A stretch of 64,000 bases of DNA from Candidatus Latescibacterota bacterium (GTDB lineage: Bacteria; Latescibacterota; CBDEFO01), in contig CBDEFO010000007.1 of the NCBI GenBank assembly GCA_965237525.1, positions 320,001 to 384,000 on the forward strand. Reading direction: 5' to 3'. The notes under the pieces were generated by a model. It worked only from the letters and a program-made list of their open reading frames with translations. It did not search any database and was not told the origin of the DNA. Below, one piece after another: positions 31,259-41,458 of this stretch. Position 1 is the stretch's first letter, and each line of letters starts with the position of its first letter. The position numbers and the translations under genes were made by a program.

Positions 31259-33040
31259 ATGCCCAATATACTGCTGGTCTATCCAGAAAACCCTATTACG
31301 TTTTGGAGCTTTTCTGAATCTTTGAAGCTGCTGGGGAAAAAAGCGGCTCAGCCCCCGTTAGGATTATTGGGGGTGGCTGCGCTGCTGCCCGAAGGGTATA
31401 ATCCAAGACTGATCGATATGAATGTTGAACCGCTCACGGACGAAGCGATTGAAGGAGCGGACGCGGTTTTATGTTCTTCGATGATAATTCATCAAGAGTC
31501 TGTAAGGGAAATAATTGACAGGTGTAATCGTCTGGAAACTCCTATCATGTTGGGTGGACCGTATCCGACCCAGTACCACGATTTGATAGAGGGCAACGCT
31601 ACTTTTTTCTTAGGCGAGGCGGAAAATGGGTTTGCCGATGCCCTGGAGGAGATGTTGTACTCACCTGGGGAGATCAAAAGGAGCGTAATAGATACGAAAG
31701 GCCAGTTCCGAAGTTTAGAGGAGGTTCCACTCCCGAGGTACGATCTACTTGATTTATCCGATTATGTTGGAATGATTATTCAACTTACCCGCGGCTGTCC
31801 TGAAAAATGTACTTTTTGCGACATCCCGGGACTCTATGGAAGGACGACCCGACTGAAGACAGAGGAGTTGGTTATCCGAGAAATGGACTACCTTTATGAG
31901 TTGGGATGGCGTGGATCTGTTATGTTTGCCGACGATAATTTCGTGGGTAATCAGGAGGAAGTTTTGATGAAGTTAGAAAAAATCATCCCCTGGCAAAAAG
32001 AGCGCTGCTATCCCTTTCATTTTTATACTCAAGCCAGCCTGAAAATGTACGATAATCCAGATCTAATGGAGGCCATGTATCAGGCGGGATTCGATTCCGT
32101 CTTTATCGGATTGGAATCTCCGTCGGCGGAAAGTCTCAAGTTTATGGGCGCTCAAAAGAACCTGGTCAAGGGGAAATCAATGCTTGAAAAGGTCCTCGAG
32201 ATCGAAAAGAGGTACTTTAAAGTCTGGGCGGGTTTTATAGTCGGCTTCGACACCGATCCGGATGATATATCCGAAATAATGATCGATTTTATCAACAGCG
32301 TTAATATCGAAATAGCTATGGTCGGACCTTTAGGCGTTATGAGGGGCACACCTGACTATATAAGGTATAATAGAGCAGGTAGATTGACCGACAAGCTGTA
32401 CACGGGGAATTCGGGAATCTTTACAGACCAGTTGAGCTACATACCTCACGACAGAGATGGCAACCAGATAGATCCCAGCGTGATAATGGGACGTCACAAG
32501 AAGATTGTAGAGACCCTAAACAGCCCCAAAGTTTACTTCAAGCGCGCTCTCAAGTATTTGAAGATTAAGGAAAGAGCACCGATTGTTGTTCCTCCGGTCG
32601 GGAAATCTGAAATTAGAGGATTGTTCAATTCTATCTATAGACAGGGCCTTAGGGGGAACTACAAGTGGCAATATTGGTCGTTTCTAGCTAAGGTCTGTAT
32701 ATACAATCTGAAGGATTTTCCTTCAGCTGTCAGGAGCGCTATCTTCGGCCATCATTTGATTACAATTACTCAGCAGGCGTCTGACGTGCACGAGTTGAAT
32801 TCCTACCTGGATAAGTCGCTAAAACAGTTGAGTAAGAGTTACGATCAGTTGATAAAGGGATACGAAACGTCTTCAGCTGAGATGTGGGAATTTGGGAGGG
32901 AACTAATTAAAGGGGCAAAGAAACGATACGGAAAGATCAAAGCCGACTATCAGGGGCAGGTGGAGGATGTTTACAATAGCTTTCTAGAAGAGGCGCAGAA
33001 GGTTATAGCTTCGTGTAAGTCCAAGAGATCCATTTTATAG
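31259..33040 (+). CDS. B12-binding radical SAM protein, DUF4070/HpnP-like class
   Basis: ILLVYPENPITFWSF...PPLGLL, GGPY, TRGCPEKCTFC, FADDNF, GFIVGFDTD. Confidence 0.88.
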   Translation: MPNILLVYPENPITFWSFSESLKLLGKKAAQPPLGLLGVAALLPEGYNPRLIDMNVEPLTDEAIEGADAVLCSSMIIHQESVREIIDRCNRLETPIMLGGPYPTQYHDLIEGNATFFLGEAENGFADALEEMLYSPGEIKRSVIDTKGQFRSLEEVPLPRYDLLDLSDYVGMIIQLTRGCPEKCTFCDIPGLYGRTTRLKTEELVIREMDYLYELGWRGSVMFADDNFVGNQEEVLMKLEKIIPWQKERCYPFHFYTQASLKMYDNPDLMEAMYQAGFDSVFIGLESPSAESLKFMGAQKNLVKGKSMLEKVLEIEKRYFKVWAGFIVGFDTDPDDISEIMIDFINSVNIEIAMVGPLGVMRGTPDYIRYNRAGRLTDKLYTGNSGIFTDQLSYIPHDRDGNQIDPSVIMGRHKKIVETLNSPKVYFKRALKYLKIKERAPIVVPPVGKSEIRGLFNSIYRQGLRGNYKWQYWSFLAKVCIYNLKDFPSAVRSAIFGHHLITITQQASDVHELNSYLDKSLKQLSKSYDQLIKGYETSSAEMWEFGRELIKGAKKRYGKIKADYQGQVEDVYNSFLEEAQKVIASCKSKRSIL

Positions 33041-33087
33041 CTTTACGCTTGATAAGTTATGGTTAAGTTACGGCTTCGGCTCTCTGA

Positions 33088-34581
33088 TCAGATGACCGGA
33101 TCTAATTCCGGGTCGTCTCTTTCCACTCTTTCTTGCAATGTGCTGAAGAATTCTTCACGATTCGGCGTGGCAAGTGCGGTCAAGTTGGAGACAGGATCGA
33201 GGTTTTGTACCTGATCTTCGACCCCAAATGTCTTCCAGACGTTCCACAGTCCTTTCAGGCTCAAGCCAGAGATGCCTTTTACGACCCGATCCAAGCGTCT
33301 CAGGGGGTTATAGAACGAAAGGTACGCTTTCTTTATCTTCTCCTCGATGAGTTCTGCCGGTACACTATCTCGATGAAAGACTGCCTTGGTTCCGGAAAAA
33401 TTCGCCCAGTTGTCGTCGAAGATACGATCTTTAGTTCTGTCCCAGTCCACCGTCCCCGGGTAAGGCGTCAAAATAGAAAATTGAGCTTGATGGGCGTCCA
33501 GTTGCCTGGCGTAAGCGATGGTGCGATCGATGTCCGCTTCGGTCTCGTACATAAAACCGATAATAAAAGAGGTGAGCGCTCGGATGCCGTGATGGCGCAA
33601 AAGCTCAACCGCTAGCATTCCTGTATCGAGTTTCATCGCTTTGTTGCAATGCTTGAGAACGTGCTCATTTCCCGATTCAAGTCCAAGAAAGACATTGGAG
33701 CAGCCAGCCTTGGCCATGTGTTCCACAAGGTCAGGATTTTTGACCAGAATATCAGCTCGAGATTGACACCACCAGTAAACCTGCAATTTGCGTTCGATGA
33801 TCTCTGCGCAGAGCTCATGAATGCGCTTGACATTCGTTGTTAAAAGGTCGTCGACCAGTAATACCCCCTTAAATCCAAATTCTTCCAACAATAGCTCCAT
33901 CTCGTCGACTGAAAGTTGTGCCTCGCGCGAGCGCCATTTCCTCTTTTGATACAAAGTCGGCACAGAACAGAACGTGCAGGCGTACGGACAACCGCGGCTG
34001 GTGATCATACTGGTCACAGCCACGCCCCTCAGCCGCGTGGCTTTATAAGGTTCCATGTTCAAAAGGTGACGCGCCGGACCCGGCAGATTATCGACTGTCT
34101 CTATATCGGGACGCTGCGGATTGTCCACCACGACGCCATCTTCTTTATCGTACCACGACAGGCTCGGAACTTTGGTGGGATCAAAGCGCGAGCCCTTTTT
34201 GGCAAGTTCCCGCGCCAGAGCAGAAGCAGCAAGCTCTCCCTCGCCGCGGATAACAAAATCGACACAGTCGAGCTTGAGGGTCGTCTGAGTTGTAAAGGTC
34301 ACATGCGTTCCACCCAGCAACACACGGCAGCCAGCATCGTGCGCATTCCGGGCGTACTCCAGTGCCGAAGGATACTGCGGCGTGGTGCACGTAATGCCCA
34401 CCAGGTCGAACCCGTCGTACGATTCGGTTCCCTCATAGAAGGTCATATCCCGCACTTCGACCTCGTGACCATCTGCAGCAAGTTTGCCCGCAACGTAGAG
34501 TAATCCCAAGGGTGGGAGGATGACACGGGTGGCGTGATAGAGCGAATGCATAGGGGGCGTAATCAACAATATTTTCAGCAT
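33088..34581 (-). CDS. B12-binding radical SAM protein (class B methylase/cyclase-like)
   Basis: PPLGLLY, GGTH, RGEGE, TSRGCPYACTFC, GLESGN, TPYPGT. Confidence 0.88.
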   Translation of the reverse strand: MLKILLITPPMHSLYHATRVILPPLGLLYVAGKLAADGHEVEVRDMTFYEGTESYDGFDLVGITCTTPQYPSALEYARNAHDAGCRVLLGGTHVTFTTQTTLKLDCVDFVIRGEGELAASALARELAKKGSRFDPTKVPSLSWYDKEDGVVVDNPQRPDIETVDNLPGPARHLLNMEPYKATRLRGVAVTSMITSRGCPYACTFCSVPTLYQKRKWRSREAQLSVDEMELLLEEFGFKGVLLVDDLLTTNVKRIHELCAEIIERKLQVYWWCQSRADILVKNPDLVEHMAKAGCSNVFLGLESGNEHVLKHCNKAMKLDTGMLAVELLRHHGIRALTSFIIGFMYETEADIDRTIAYARQLDAHQAQFSILTPYPGTVDWDRTKDRIFDDNWANFSGTKAVFHRDSVPAELIEEKIKKAYLSFYNPLRRLDRVVKGISGLSLKGLWNVWKTFGVEDQVQNLDPVSNLTALATPNREEFFSTLQERVERDDPELDPVI

Positions 34582-35004
34582 CTAACTCTCCGTATAATCA
34601 CATTTCATTAAATAGAGAAATAGACTGAATTTCTGGGGATTTGCATGCTTGGTGTAGAGGCAATTTTATCGTAGTGAAGGGCCATCGGAGCTTTGAGCCA
34701 CCTATGACGTTGGCTAGCGGAAGACCGCTTTTGAAGCTGTCTGCTTTTGCTAACCAGCAATCATACTCTTTCCAGATGCAGTACAGATACTTGAAGCATT
34801 CTAATTCATTATCCTATACAAATAAAGGTATTTAAGCTTAACAGCTATTTTCGGCCTATTTTCGGTCGTATCACGCTTTAAGCGGTGAAAAGAGTGCTCC
34901 TACCGTTCAACGGTCAATGGTCGAAACGAAAAACTCTAAAATCGAACGTGCCAAATCTCAGCTTTCAGTGGATAAGCATTTTGCTGCTATTTATAGGCTC
35001 TTTA

Positions 35005-36051
35005 TTACACTTCAAGACTGAGCGATGCCGCTGCCTCTCTTATCTGCTTCCAGGTAGCATCTTCCACAAAGATGCCTTTTTCTTGTCTCTTCTGCCGTTC
35101 TCTTTCTTCTTTTTCACCGGGGATGAGTATTTCGTCGAATCCGGGCGCAAGCCGGGAGCTCTTAACGTGGTCTTTTAGGCTCTGGACCTGCTCTGTGAAG
35201 TAGTCGAGAGGCTTGAAGCTGGATATATCTATGGCCATCGCAAAGATCCCGTTTGCTCCTTTCAGGGGAGAATTAGCCTGACTACATCCGGCCCCCGTAA
35301 GCGCTCCCGACAGGATGTCGATCATAAAGGCAAGCCCAAATCCCTTATGTCCAGCTATGTCCCCCAACGGCAGAACGGATCCCTGGGGCGAACCGTAGAA
35401 GTCCGCTGGGTCTGTCGTGGGATTTCCCTCTGAGTCGATGATCCATCCCTTTGGGGTGCGTTCGTTTCTGTTCCTCTGAATTCTGACCTTGCCCTCTGCG
35501 ACGACGCTGCAGCTTATGTCCAGCGTTATGTGCCCCCTATCCACTGTGGGAACGGATATGCTGATAGGATTAGGAGAAAGCCTCCTTTCTCTTCCGCCCC
35601 AGGGAGACATAATCTGTCCACCGCCGTGATTGTTGACCATCATAACCCCGACCATGCCTTCTTTTGAGGCGATAGGGGTGTACTCGCCGAGCCTTCCAAC
35701 GTGGTTGGAGTTGAAGCTTCCGACTGCGCTGATTGAGCATTCTTTTGCTTTCTGGACGGCGATCTCCATCGCCTTAATGCCTGTGGGATGTCCAAACCCC
35801 CAGTTTCCGTCTAAGAGGGCTGTAGTTGGAGTCTCTGTGTCTATCTGTGTCTCTGCCTGTGGGATTATTTTGCCCTCTTTTATGAACTGGATGTACTGGG
35901 GCATCCTTATGACTCCGTGGGAATCGTGTCCTGTAAGGTTGGAGTTTACCAGGACTCGTGATACTATTTGGGCTGTCTCCTTTGACGCTCCTGTTGCCTT
36001 GAATATCTGTTCTGTGATTTGGGTTAACTCTTCAACTTTGAATATAGGCAA
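35005..36051 (-). CDS. Ldh_2-family (type 2 malate/L-lactate dehydrogenase-like) oxidoreductase; TTG start after AAGGAG
   Basis: GHDSHG, NHVGRLG, PNPISI, GHKGFGL, IPGE. Confidence 0.9.
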   Translation of the reverse strand: MPIFKVEELTQITEQIFKATGASKETAQIVSRVLVNSNLTGHDSHGVIRMPQYIQFIKEGKIIPQAETQIDTETPTTALLDGNWGFGHPTGIKAMEIAVQKAKECSISAVGSFNSNHVGRLGEYTPIASKEGMVGVMMVNNHGGGQIMSPWGGRERRLSPNPISISVPTVDRGHITLDISCSVVAEGKVRIQRNRNERTPKGWIIDSEGNPTTDPADFYGSPQGSVLPLGDIAGHKGFGLAFMIDILSGALTGAGCSQANSPLKGANGIFAMAIDISSFKPLDYFTEQVQSLKDHVKSSRLAPGFDEILIPGEKEERERQKRQEKGIFVEDATWKQIREAAASLSLEV

Positions 36052-36223
36052 TTGGATCTCCTTTTGTAGAAATTTTGGCAGAATGCCGGCACTCACAAAT
36101 AACGGTATTCTGCCATCTGGGGCTCGCGGCGGATAGCTCCCAAGGCGGCAGGCTCGCCGTGCCTTCACTTTATCTCTGGATAATTGGTGAGGATACCGCT
36201 ATCAAAGGAATTCGGATAGTCTC

Positions 36224-36608
36224 TTATCTCAAGGCTCTATCCGTATGAGCAGTTGACATTCCTCTGACCAGATGACGGGGTCTGATGCCGGGGCGTTTGA
36301 TTCCCGAAAACTGAAAATATTTGAACGTATGATCGGCATGAAGCGTGTGCTCTATCCTCTTGGGGGCGGCTACGAGCTCTCCGGGATCTAATTGATAGAC
36401 CTTCTTTGTCCCATCGGGGTGTCTCAGAGTGACTGTAGGTATTCCCTCTCTAAAGAGCCAGTATTCGTCGAAGTCGCGGTAGTGGAGCTCTACAGGAGTG
36501 TTTGGTGGAAGCATATATTCGTGAAAGGAAGGAATATCTATTTCGTCGAGGAATCTCGGACAACTGGGGGGATATTCTTTCTTTCCTGGCAAGTTTTATA
36601 ACGCACAT
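36224..36608 (-). CDS. Small cupin-like protein; apparent +1 frameshift near 36593
   Basis: ELHYRDFDEYWLF...PGELVAAPKRIEHTL; ATG at 36608 joins with one extra base. Confidence 0.5.
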
Positions 36609-36696
36609 ATCGACCGTGATGTCCATAATAGCCATAAGATTGTATTTCTACTTGTAGAATTGAAAAACTTCGCACCAAACCAAAGCTTATTTGGCC

Positions 36697-37449
36697 TTAC
36701 CGCGTCTTTCTTATTTTATCTCTTATTTGGGCGGCTTTTTCAAATTCTTGATTGGCCACGGCGTGTTTGAGCTGTTCTTCAAGATCTGCTTTTGGACTCT
36801 GCGGCCTCGTGCGTTGCACGACTTCTGCCCAGTTTTTCAGAAAGGCTATCTCCCAGCTTGTTTCAATTTCATCCTCTTTCTTGTATTCTCTGAAAAAGCA
36901 TTCAATCTCAAGTATTCCTTTTTCTATGTTTTGCAATGCTTTCTTGTAGTCCTTTTTCTGAAGGCGAATGGAGCCCTTAGCTTTGGTGTTCATCATTAAT
37001 TACGTAGGGCCTGTATTGTTGAAACTCCCATTTGTCGTCCTCACTTGACGGCGTATTTTCTTACAAAGTCGAAGACGTTCAAGTTTCTTTTGTGTGTCTC
37101 TTTCTACGCCTTCGTATTCCTCAAGACCGAGTAAGCTCAGGTATCTGTAGTAGTATTGTATGGCTTCACACTGGAGTTTGGCGCAATCGTTGCTATCCAG
37201 TCCGAATCCCTCTTCTGTTCCATATTTGGTTCTATACTGTTCGATGGAGGAAAGATAATATTCCAAGAGGGATTCCTTGCCGTATGGCCTCCGTCCGTCA
37301 GGTCTTCCCGACACCTCCATCTGCCTGAGTCCCATACTGATGCGCAACTGTATCTTCTCTTTTCCGTCGCTCCCCTTTATCTTTCTGACGGATATTTGAT
37401 CGGATTTGTAGTCCCATCCTTCAAGTATGGGTGTTATATCCTTGTTCAT
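36697..37449 (-). CDS. UvrB/UvrC-motif-containing protein broken by three +1 frameshifts (36997-37090)
   Basis: GRPDGRRP, EAIQYYYRY, then DFVRKYA..EDDKWEFQQYRPYV in shifted frames; C-terminal UVR motif QEFEKAAQIRDKI. Confidence 0.75.
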
Positions 37450-37521
37450 ATTAACGATCCTGTAAGAAATCACTTACCAGACAATAGCATCATCACTTAG
37501 GCCTGCTTGTCCTGTGCAGTC

Positions 37522-37812
37522 CTAGCATCGAGCCATTTTTTTCAAGGATTGGGGACTCTCGCCGAAGCGGTGACCTATTAAAAGCCCGGCTACGCTTAAA
37601 TCCTCATCTAATTCTGGCCAGTGGATAAATGCTCCATCCCCGAAGATTTCAAAATGGTTGCGTTCCTTCGGTGTCCCATGCCATAAACGAGGGTACCAGA
37701 CCAAGGGCACAATAATGGTACGGTCATCTACCAGGTCCACTGTCAGTGCATCGTCGCTCACGTTGACCTGTTGTGCACGGGCATCCTGCATATCACCGAC
37801 CAAAGAATTCAT
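37522..37812 (-). CDS. DUF2442-family putative antitoxin
   Basis: LTVDLVDDRTIIVPLVWYPRL...IHWPELDEDLSV. Confidence 0.85.
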   Translation of the reverse strand: MNSLVGDMQDARAQQVNVSDDALTVDLVDDRTIIVPLVWYPRLWHGTPKERNHFEIFGDGAFIHWPELDEDLSVAGLLIGHRFGESPQSLKKMARC

Positions 37813-37871
37813 AGTTGCTCACCTGACTGATAATCAATAGTCGCACAGAGTGTTCAGATTCGCGAATAGGC

Positions 37872-38943
37872 TCACAATTCCTCGAGACCCCGAGAACGCG
37901 ATACCTCCTGTCCTACTAATTGCACCTCATAGGACATTGGATACTCCAGGATACTTTCATAAAGCATCTTTTGGTCTGGGATTCTTGACAATATACTCTT
38001 CTCATACTCGGTAAGTCCTTGGCCAAACAGAAACTCCCGTAACTTTTCTAACTTACCCTCTGCGACTCTCAGGACAACTTGAATTTGCTCTGAGTCAAGG
38101 TCATTAAAGAAAATCACGGACTCCTCTATGTCTTTGTTCAATCCGATTGATTTTATGTGATGCAGAAGGCTCTCCATCGTTTTTCCGTCTGACGCAATAG
38201 TCTTTCGGATCTTCCGCCTTAGTCTAACTCGCCTTATTTTATCAACGGAGACACCGATCGATATCAAGAGACCCAGCGACAAGACCGCGGAGATGGCTAG
38301 CTTGGCAAGGTTTGTCCACACTCCCCCTGCTAATAAATCCCCAATGAAACTACCGCTATCTTGTACCGAGAATTTGGTGCTGAGGTCTATGATTTGCGCG
38401 CCGCGTACCACTCCATCAAATCGGGCTGTGTCAAAAGATATGTCGGGTTTCGTAGAAGAACAGAGAACTCCAATCCGAACAGATGTGCCTTCATTAAATG
38501 CCAGAAACTCTATGTTTAGGGTGTCTGGTGTCACCCGCGATAAAGAGCAGAAATCTCCGTATCCTTCGGTTTGTTTGACGACCTCCGCACTCAGGATTTT
38601 TGTTCCTTCAGGGGGCAGCCACCTCAAATAGTGGATGTCAGATCCGTCAATATCTGTCTGTCCCGAATTCATTATACCGAATTCAAGATTGGCAAGATTG
38701 GCAATGGACTGCCCACGATACGCAATGGTGACATCACGCGCAATCTTGTTGTCGGGGTCAAGAAGAGTTATCTTCTGAATCCCTTCAACGGTGATTTCTC
38801 CGTCCTTCTTGTGACAAGAAATAGAGCACGACAGGAATTGCTAGAGCAAGTATAAGAAACAGAAACTGAAAGAGGATGGCTACTTTGCTCCTTACAAGAC
38901 GCTCAAAGCGACCACTTGGTCGGTCGGCCTCTGTGGACCTCAT
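37872..38943 (-). CDS. Hypothetical membrane protein; +1 frameshift near 38800
   Basis: ATG 38943 gives MRST...ILFQFLFLILALAIPVVLYFL (TM); after one extra base it continues EITVEGIQ... into ORF 37872..38672. Confidence 0.55.
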
Positions 38944-39031
38944 GAACTTCTCTCTTGTGATTCTGCTTGTGACAAAATGAGATTATTATTGGGAGATCAA
39001 AATTATTAAATTGAAGGACTAGCAAAGTGTT

Positions 39032-39232
39032 TCACAATTCCTTACACTTGCCTGCATGAAAATCCGCTATGGCCTTATTGGCCAGATCATCAAGCCTTCC
39101 TGATTGAACATCATTTTCAAACTGTTTGTCCCATTTCTGCGCATCAAACTTATCAAACCATTCTCTCAGAACGGCTAATTCATTTTTTGGTAACCGAGCA
39201 ATTGCTTCTTCAATTTCTTTTACAGCTTCCAT
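39032..39232 (-). CDS. Putative addiction-module antitoxin
   Basis: EIEEAIARLP...WDKQFENDVQSGRLDDLA...GKCKEL; overlapping GTG starts MKHFASPS, a toxin-like start that stops after 9 codons. Confidence 0.7.
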   Translation of the reverse strand: MEAVKEIEEAIARLPKNELAVLREWFDKFDAQKWDKQFENDVQSGRLDDLANKAIADFHAGKCKEL

Positions 39233-39522
39233 TTGGTTTACCCCCGTCGGTAATCAAGTTTGGATTAAAGTACGATTCTAAGCTCTTTTCATTTCCTAAA
39301 ATTCTGTTTTCTTTGAGAATGCTTCTTTTCGGTCAATATTTATATTATTCTTAGTGATAACTCAATAAACTTCTTAATATTACAAGTTAAAAAATTAATG
39401 GTCAAGTACTTTTTTTGTTTTTTCAATAACCTCATCTGGGAGCATAGTTTTGCCTTGACGAATTTCCCGATATTCCCTAAATTGTTGATTCAGAGCGGGC
39501 ACTTATAAGGAATAATCTGAAG

Positions 39523-40275
39523 ATGGCTGATAGCACCTACGATCTGAAAATATCAAGCTTGCGTGAGGTTGTGGAGAAGAGCGACTTTGCAGGTCCTCCG
39601 ACTATTGATCTGGTGGCAAGAGCACAGAGGGGCGTGAGGCAAAAGGGTCGAAGACTGGGGGTCTTTCCGGCGTCGTTTAACCCCATTACTGTATCTCACG
39701 CCGAACTCATCTTCGAAGCGGCAGAGTCTGCCAGTTTAGATGAGATACTCCTGGTGTTGGACAAAAGGGCAATGGATAAAGAGATCTTCGGAGCCTCCTT
39801 GGAGGATAGGCTTTTTATGCTTATTCTGTTCTCACAAGACAGCCCGAGTATCTCTGTGGGGTTATCCAATAAAGGCCGTTTCTTGGACAAGCTCCCACCG
39901 TTGGAGAAGCTATATCCTCCGGATACGGAGATTTTCTTCATCGTGGGCTATGACACTATCGCAAGAGTGCTGGACAGGAAGTATTACGAAGACAGGGATT
40001 CTTCGCTTGATAGCCTCTTTGCAAAGAGCAAGTTTCTGGTGGCAAACAGGGGGGATAAGGGAATAGATGAAGTACATAATCTATTTGAGATGGAGGAAAA
40101 CAGGAGATTTTGTGACAGGGTGGATGTTCTTAAGATATCGGAACTTACAGCTTTTATCTCATCTACCAAGGTTAGAGATCGCACAAAAGAAGGGAAGCGC
40201 ATTGGCGACCTTGTGCCTCCCCAGATCGAGTCCTTTATTCAAAGGATGGGACTCTACAGAGCAAGTAGACAGTAG
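39523..40275 (+). CDS. Nicotinamide/nicotinate-nucleotide adenylyltransferase-like cytidylyltransferase
   Basis: ASFNPITVSH, GYDT..R, ISSTKVR motifs. Confidence 0.8.
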   Translation: MADSTYDLKISSLREVVEKSDFAGPPTIDLVARAQRGVRQKGRRLGVFPASFNPITVSHAELIFEAAESASLDEILLVLDKRAMDKEIFGASLEDRLFMLILFSQDSPSISVGLSNKGRFLDKLPPLEKLYPPDTEIFFIVGYDTIARVLDRKYYEDRDSSLDSLFAKSKFLVANRGDKGIDEVHNLFEMEENRRFCDRVDVLKISELTAFISSTKVRDRTKEGKRIGDLVPPQIESFIQRMGLYRASRQ

Positions 40276-40307
40276 AGTATGCAGGGTACCGGCGCCTATA
40301 CCCTTAA

Positions 40308-40403
40308 GATTTCTTCGCTGCCCCTTGACTTCGCTCTGGGCTTCGGCTCGCAATGACTGATGGGAAGAGGTATCATTGCGCGGAGATTTATCCCGAAGCA
40401 ATC
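40308..40403. repeat. Intergenic palindromic element between convergent genes
   Basis: GATTTCTTCG...CGCAATGA paired with TCATTGCG...CGAAGCAATC; related half at ~15371. Confidence 0.6.
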
Positions 40404-40433
40404 GCCGTTGGACCGTCTTGCTCTATATGCCCT

Positions 40434-41399
40434 CTATCGTATCTTCAGCGTCTCCTCCAATCCCATAAGCGTGGAATACATCGCCTGTAGTGCCGTAATG
40501 GGAATAGAATTTTTTCGGGCATCCTCGATCATGGGACCTACACAGGTGCTAAACTCAGTAGGATACCCTTTCTGTATATCCTGGAGAGCGGAGTGAGTAG
40601 CTTTACTGCTGGCTAAGGGTGCTGTCATCACCCGCTCAACTGCATCCTCTACTGCACCCTGACACCACGTTTTGACGTGATAGGGACCAAGATCAATCAA
40701 GGGGATCCCTTTTGCTTCAGCTAAAGCGCTGAGTTCGCGAACCATGCCAACGTACTCCCTGGCGAGTAGCCGGTTTGATAAAGCGTCAGCATTATTCTGT
40801 CTTGCGAGGGTAGCAATAAGTCCAATCGGTATCCAGCCTACCATCTTTGACCACGTGGAGGACAGCACAGAATCGGAGGCTTGTGTGGTGAGACCTGCCT
40901 TTTGGAATATATCTACACTATATGCAACCCGCTCCGACGTCCCGCCGTCCAGTTCGCCAAATTGTGTAAGCCCATCGTACGTCCATTTCACCACACCTGG
41001 CTCCGGACGTTCCCCTGCGACGACGGCCACAGCCCCGATCACCTTTTCTTTCCCGAACGTGTTGACTAAAAGTTCATCCTTTATCACTCCGTTCTGTACA
41101 GAGGACACCGAATCGCGAACGTGTATATGTTCTGTATTCATCAGCGCTGCCTGTGTGTCCTGGGCCTTCATAGCGAAGATCAGGATATCGCATTCCCGGA
41201 CGCTTTGCGGATCATCTATGGCATCGATCTGAACTGTGAATTCCCGAAGCCCGGTGAGACGGAGTCCGTCCTTTCGAATGGACTCAATATGAGCTCCCGG
41301 GCGACCTACTATAGCTATCTCACATTCTCCACTTTTGGCTACAAGCGCTGCAATAGTGCCGCCCAGTCCGCCAGGTCCAACAATTACCACCTTTTTCAT
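40434..41399 (-). CDS. panE: Ketopantoate reductase family protein
   Basis: VGPGGLGG Rossmann motif, K...QNG, WSK, SALQDI. Confidence 0.75.
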   Translation of the reverse strand: MKKVVIVGPGGLGGTIAALVAKSGECEIAIVGRPGAHIESIRKDGLRLTGLREFTVQIDAIDDPQSVRECDILIFAMKAQDTQAALMNTEHIHVRDSVSSVQNGVIKDELLVNTFGKEKVIGAVAVVAGERPEPGVVKWTYDGLTQFGELDGGTSERVAYSVDIFQKAGLTTQASDSVLSSTWSKMVGWIPIGLIATLARQNNADALSNRLLAREYVGMVRELSALAEAKGIPLIDLGPYHVKTWCQGAVEDAVERVMTAPLASSKATHSALQDIQKGYPTEFSTCVGPMIEDARKNSIPITALQAMYSTLMGLEETLKIR

Positions 41400-41458
41400 G
41401 GTCCGTTCCGTTCCTTCCTTAATTTCGTAGGGCGCGGGTTTACTCCGCCCTTACATTG

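Noticed and set aside
38888..38915. attC half-site-like sequence CCTTACAAGACGCTCAAAGCGAC
   Set aside because: Lies within the N-terminal coding region of the minus-strand membrane protein and has no partner arm
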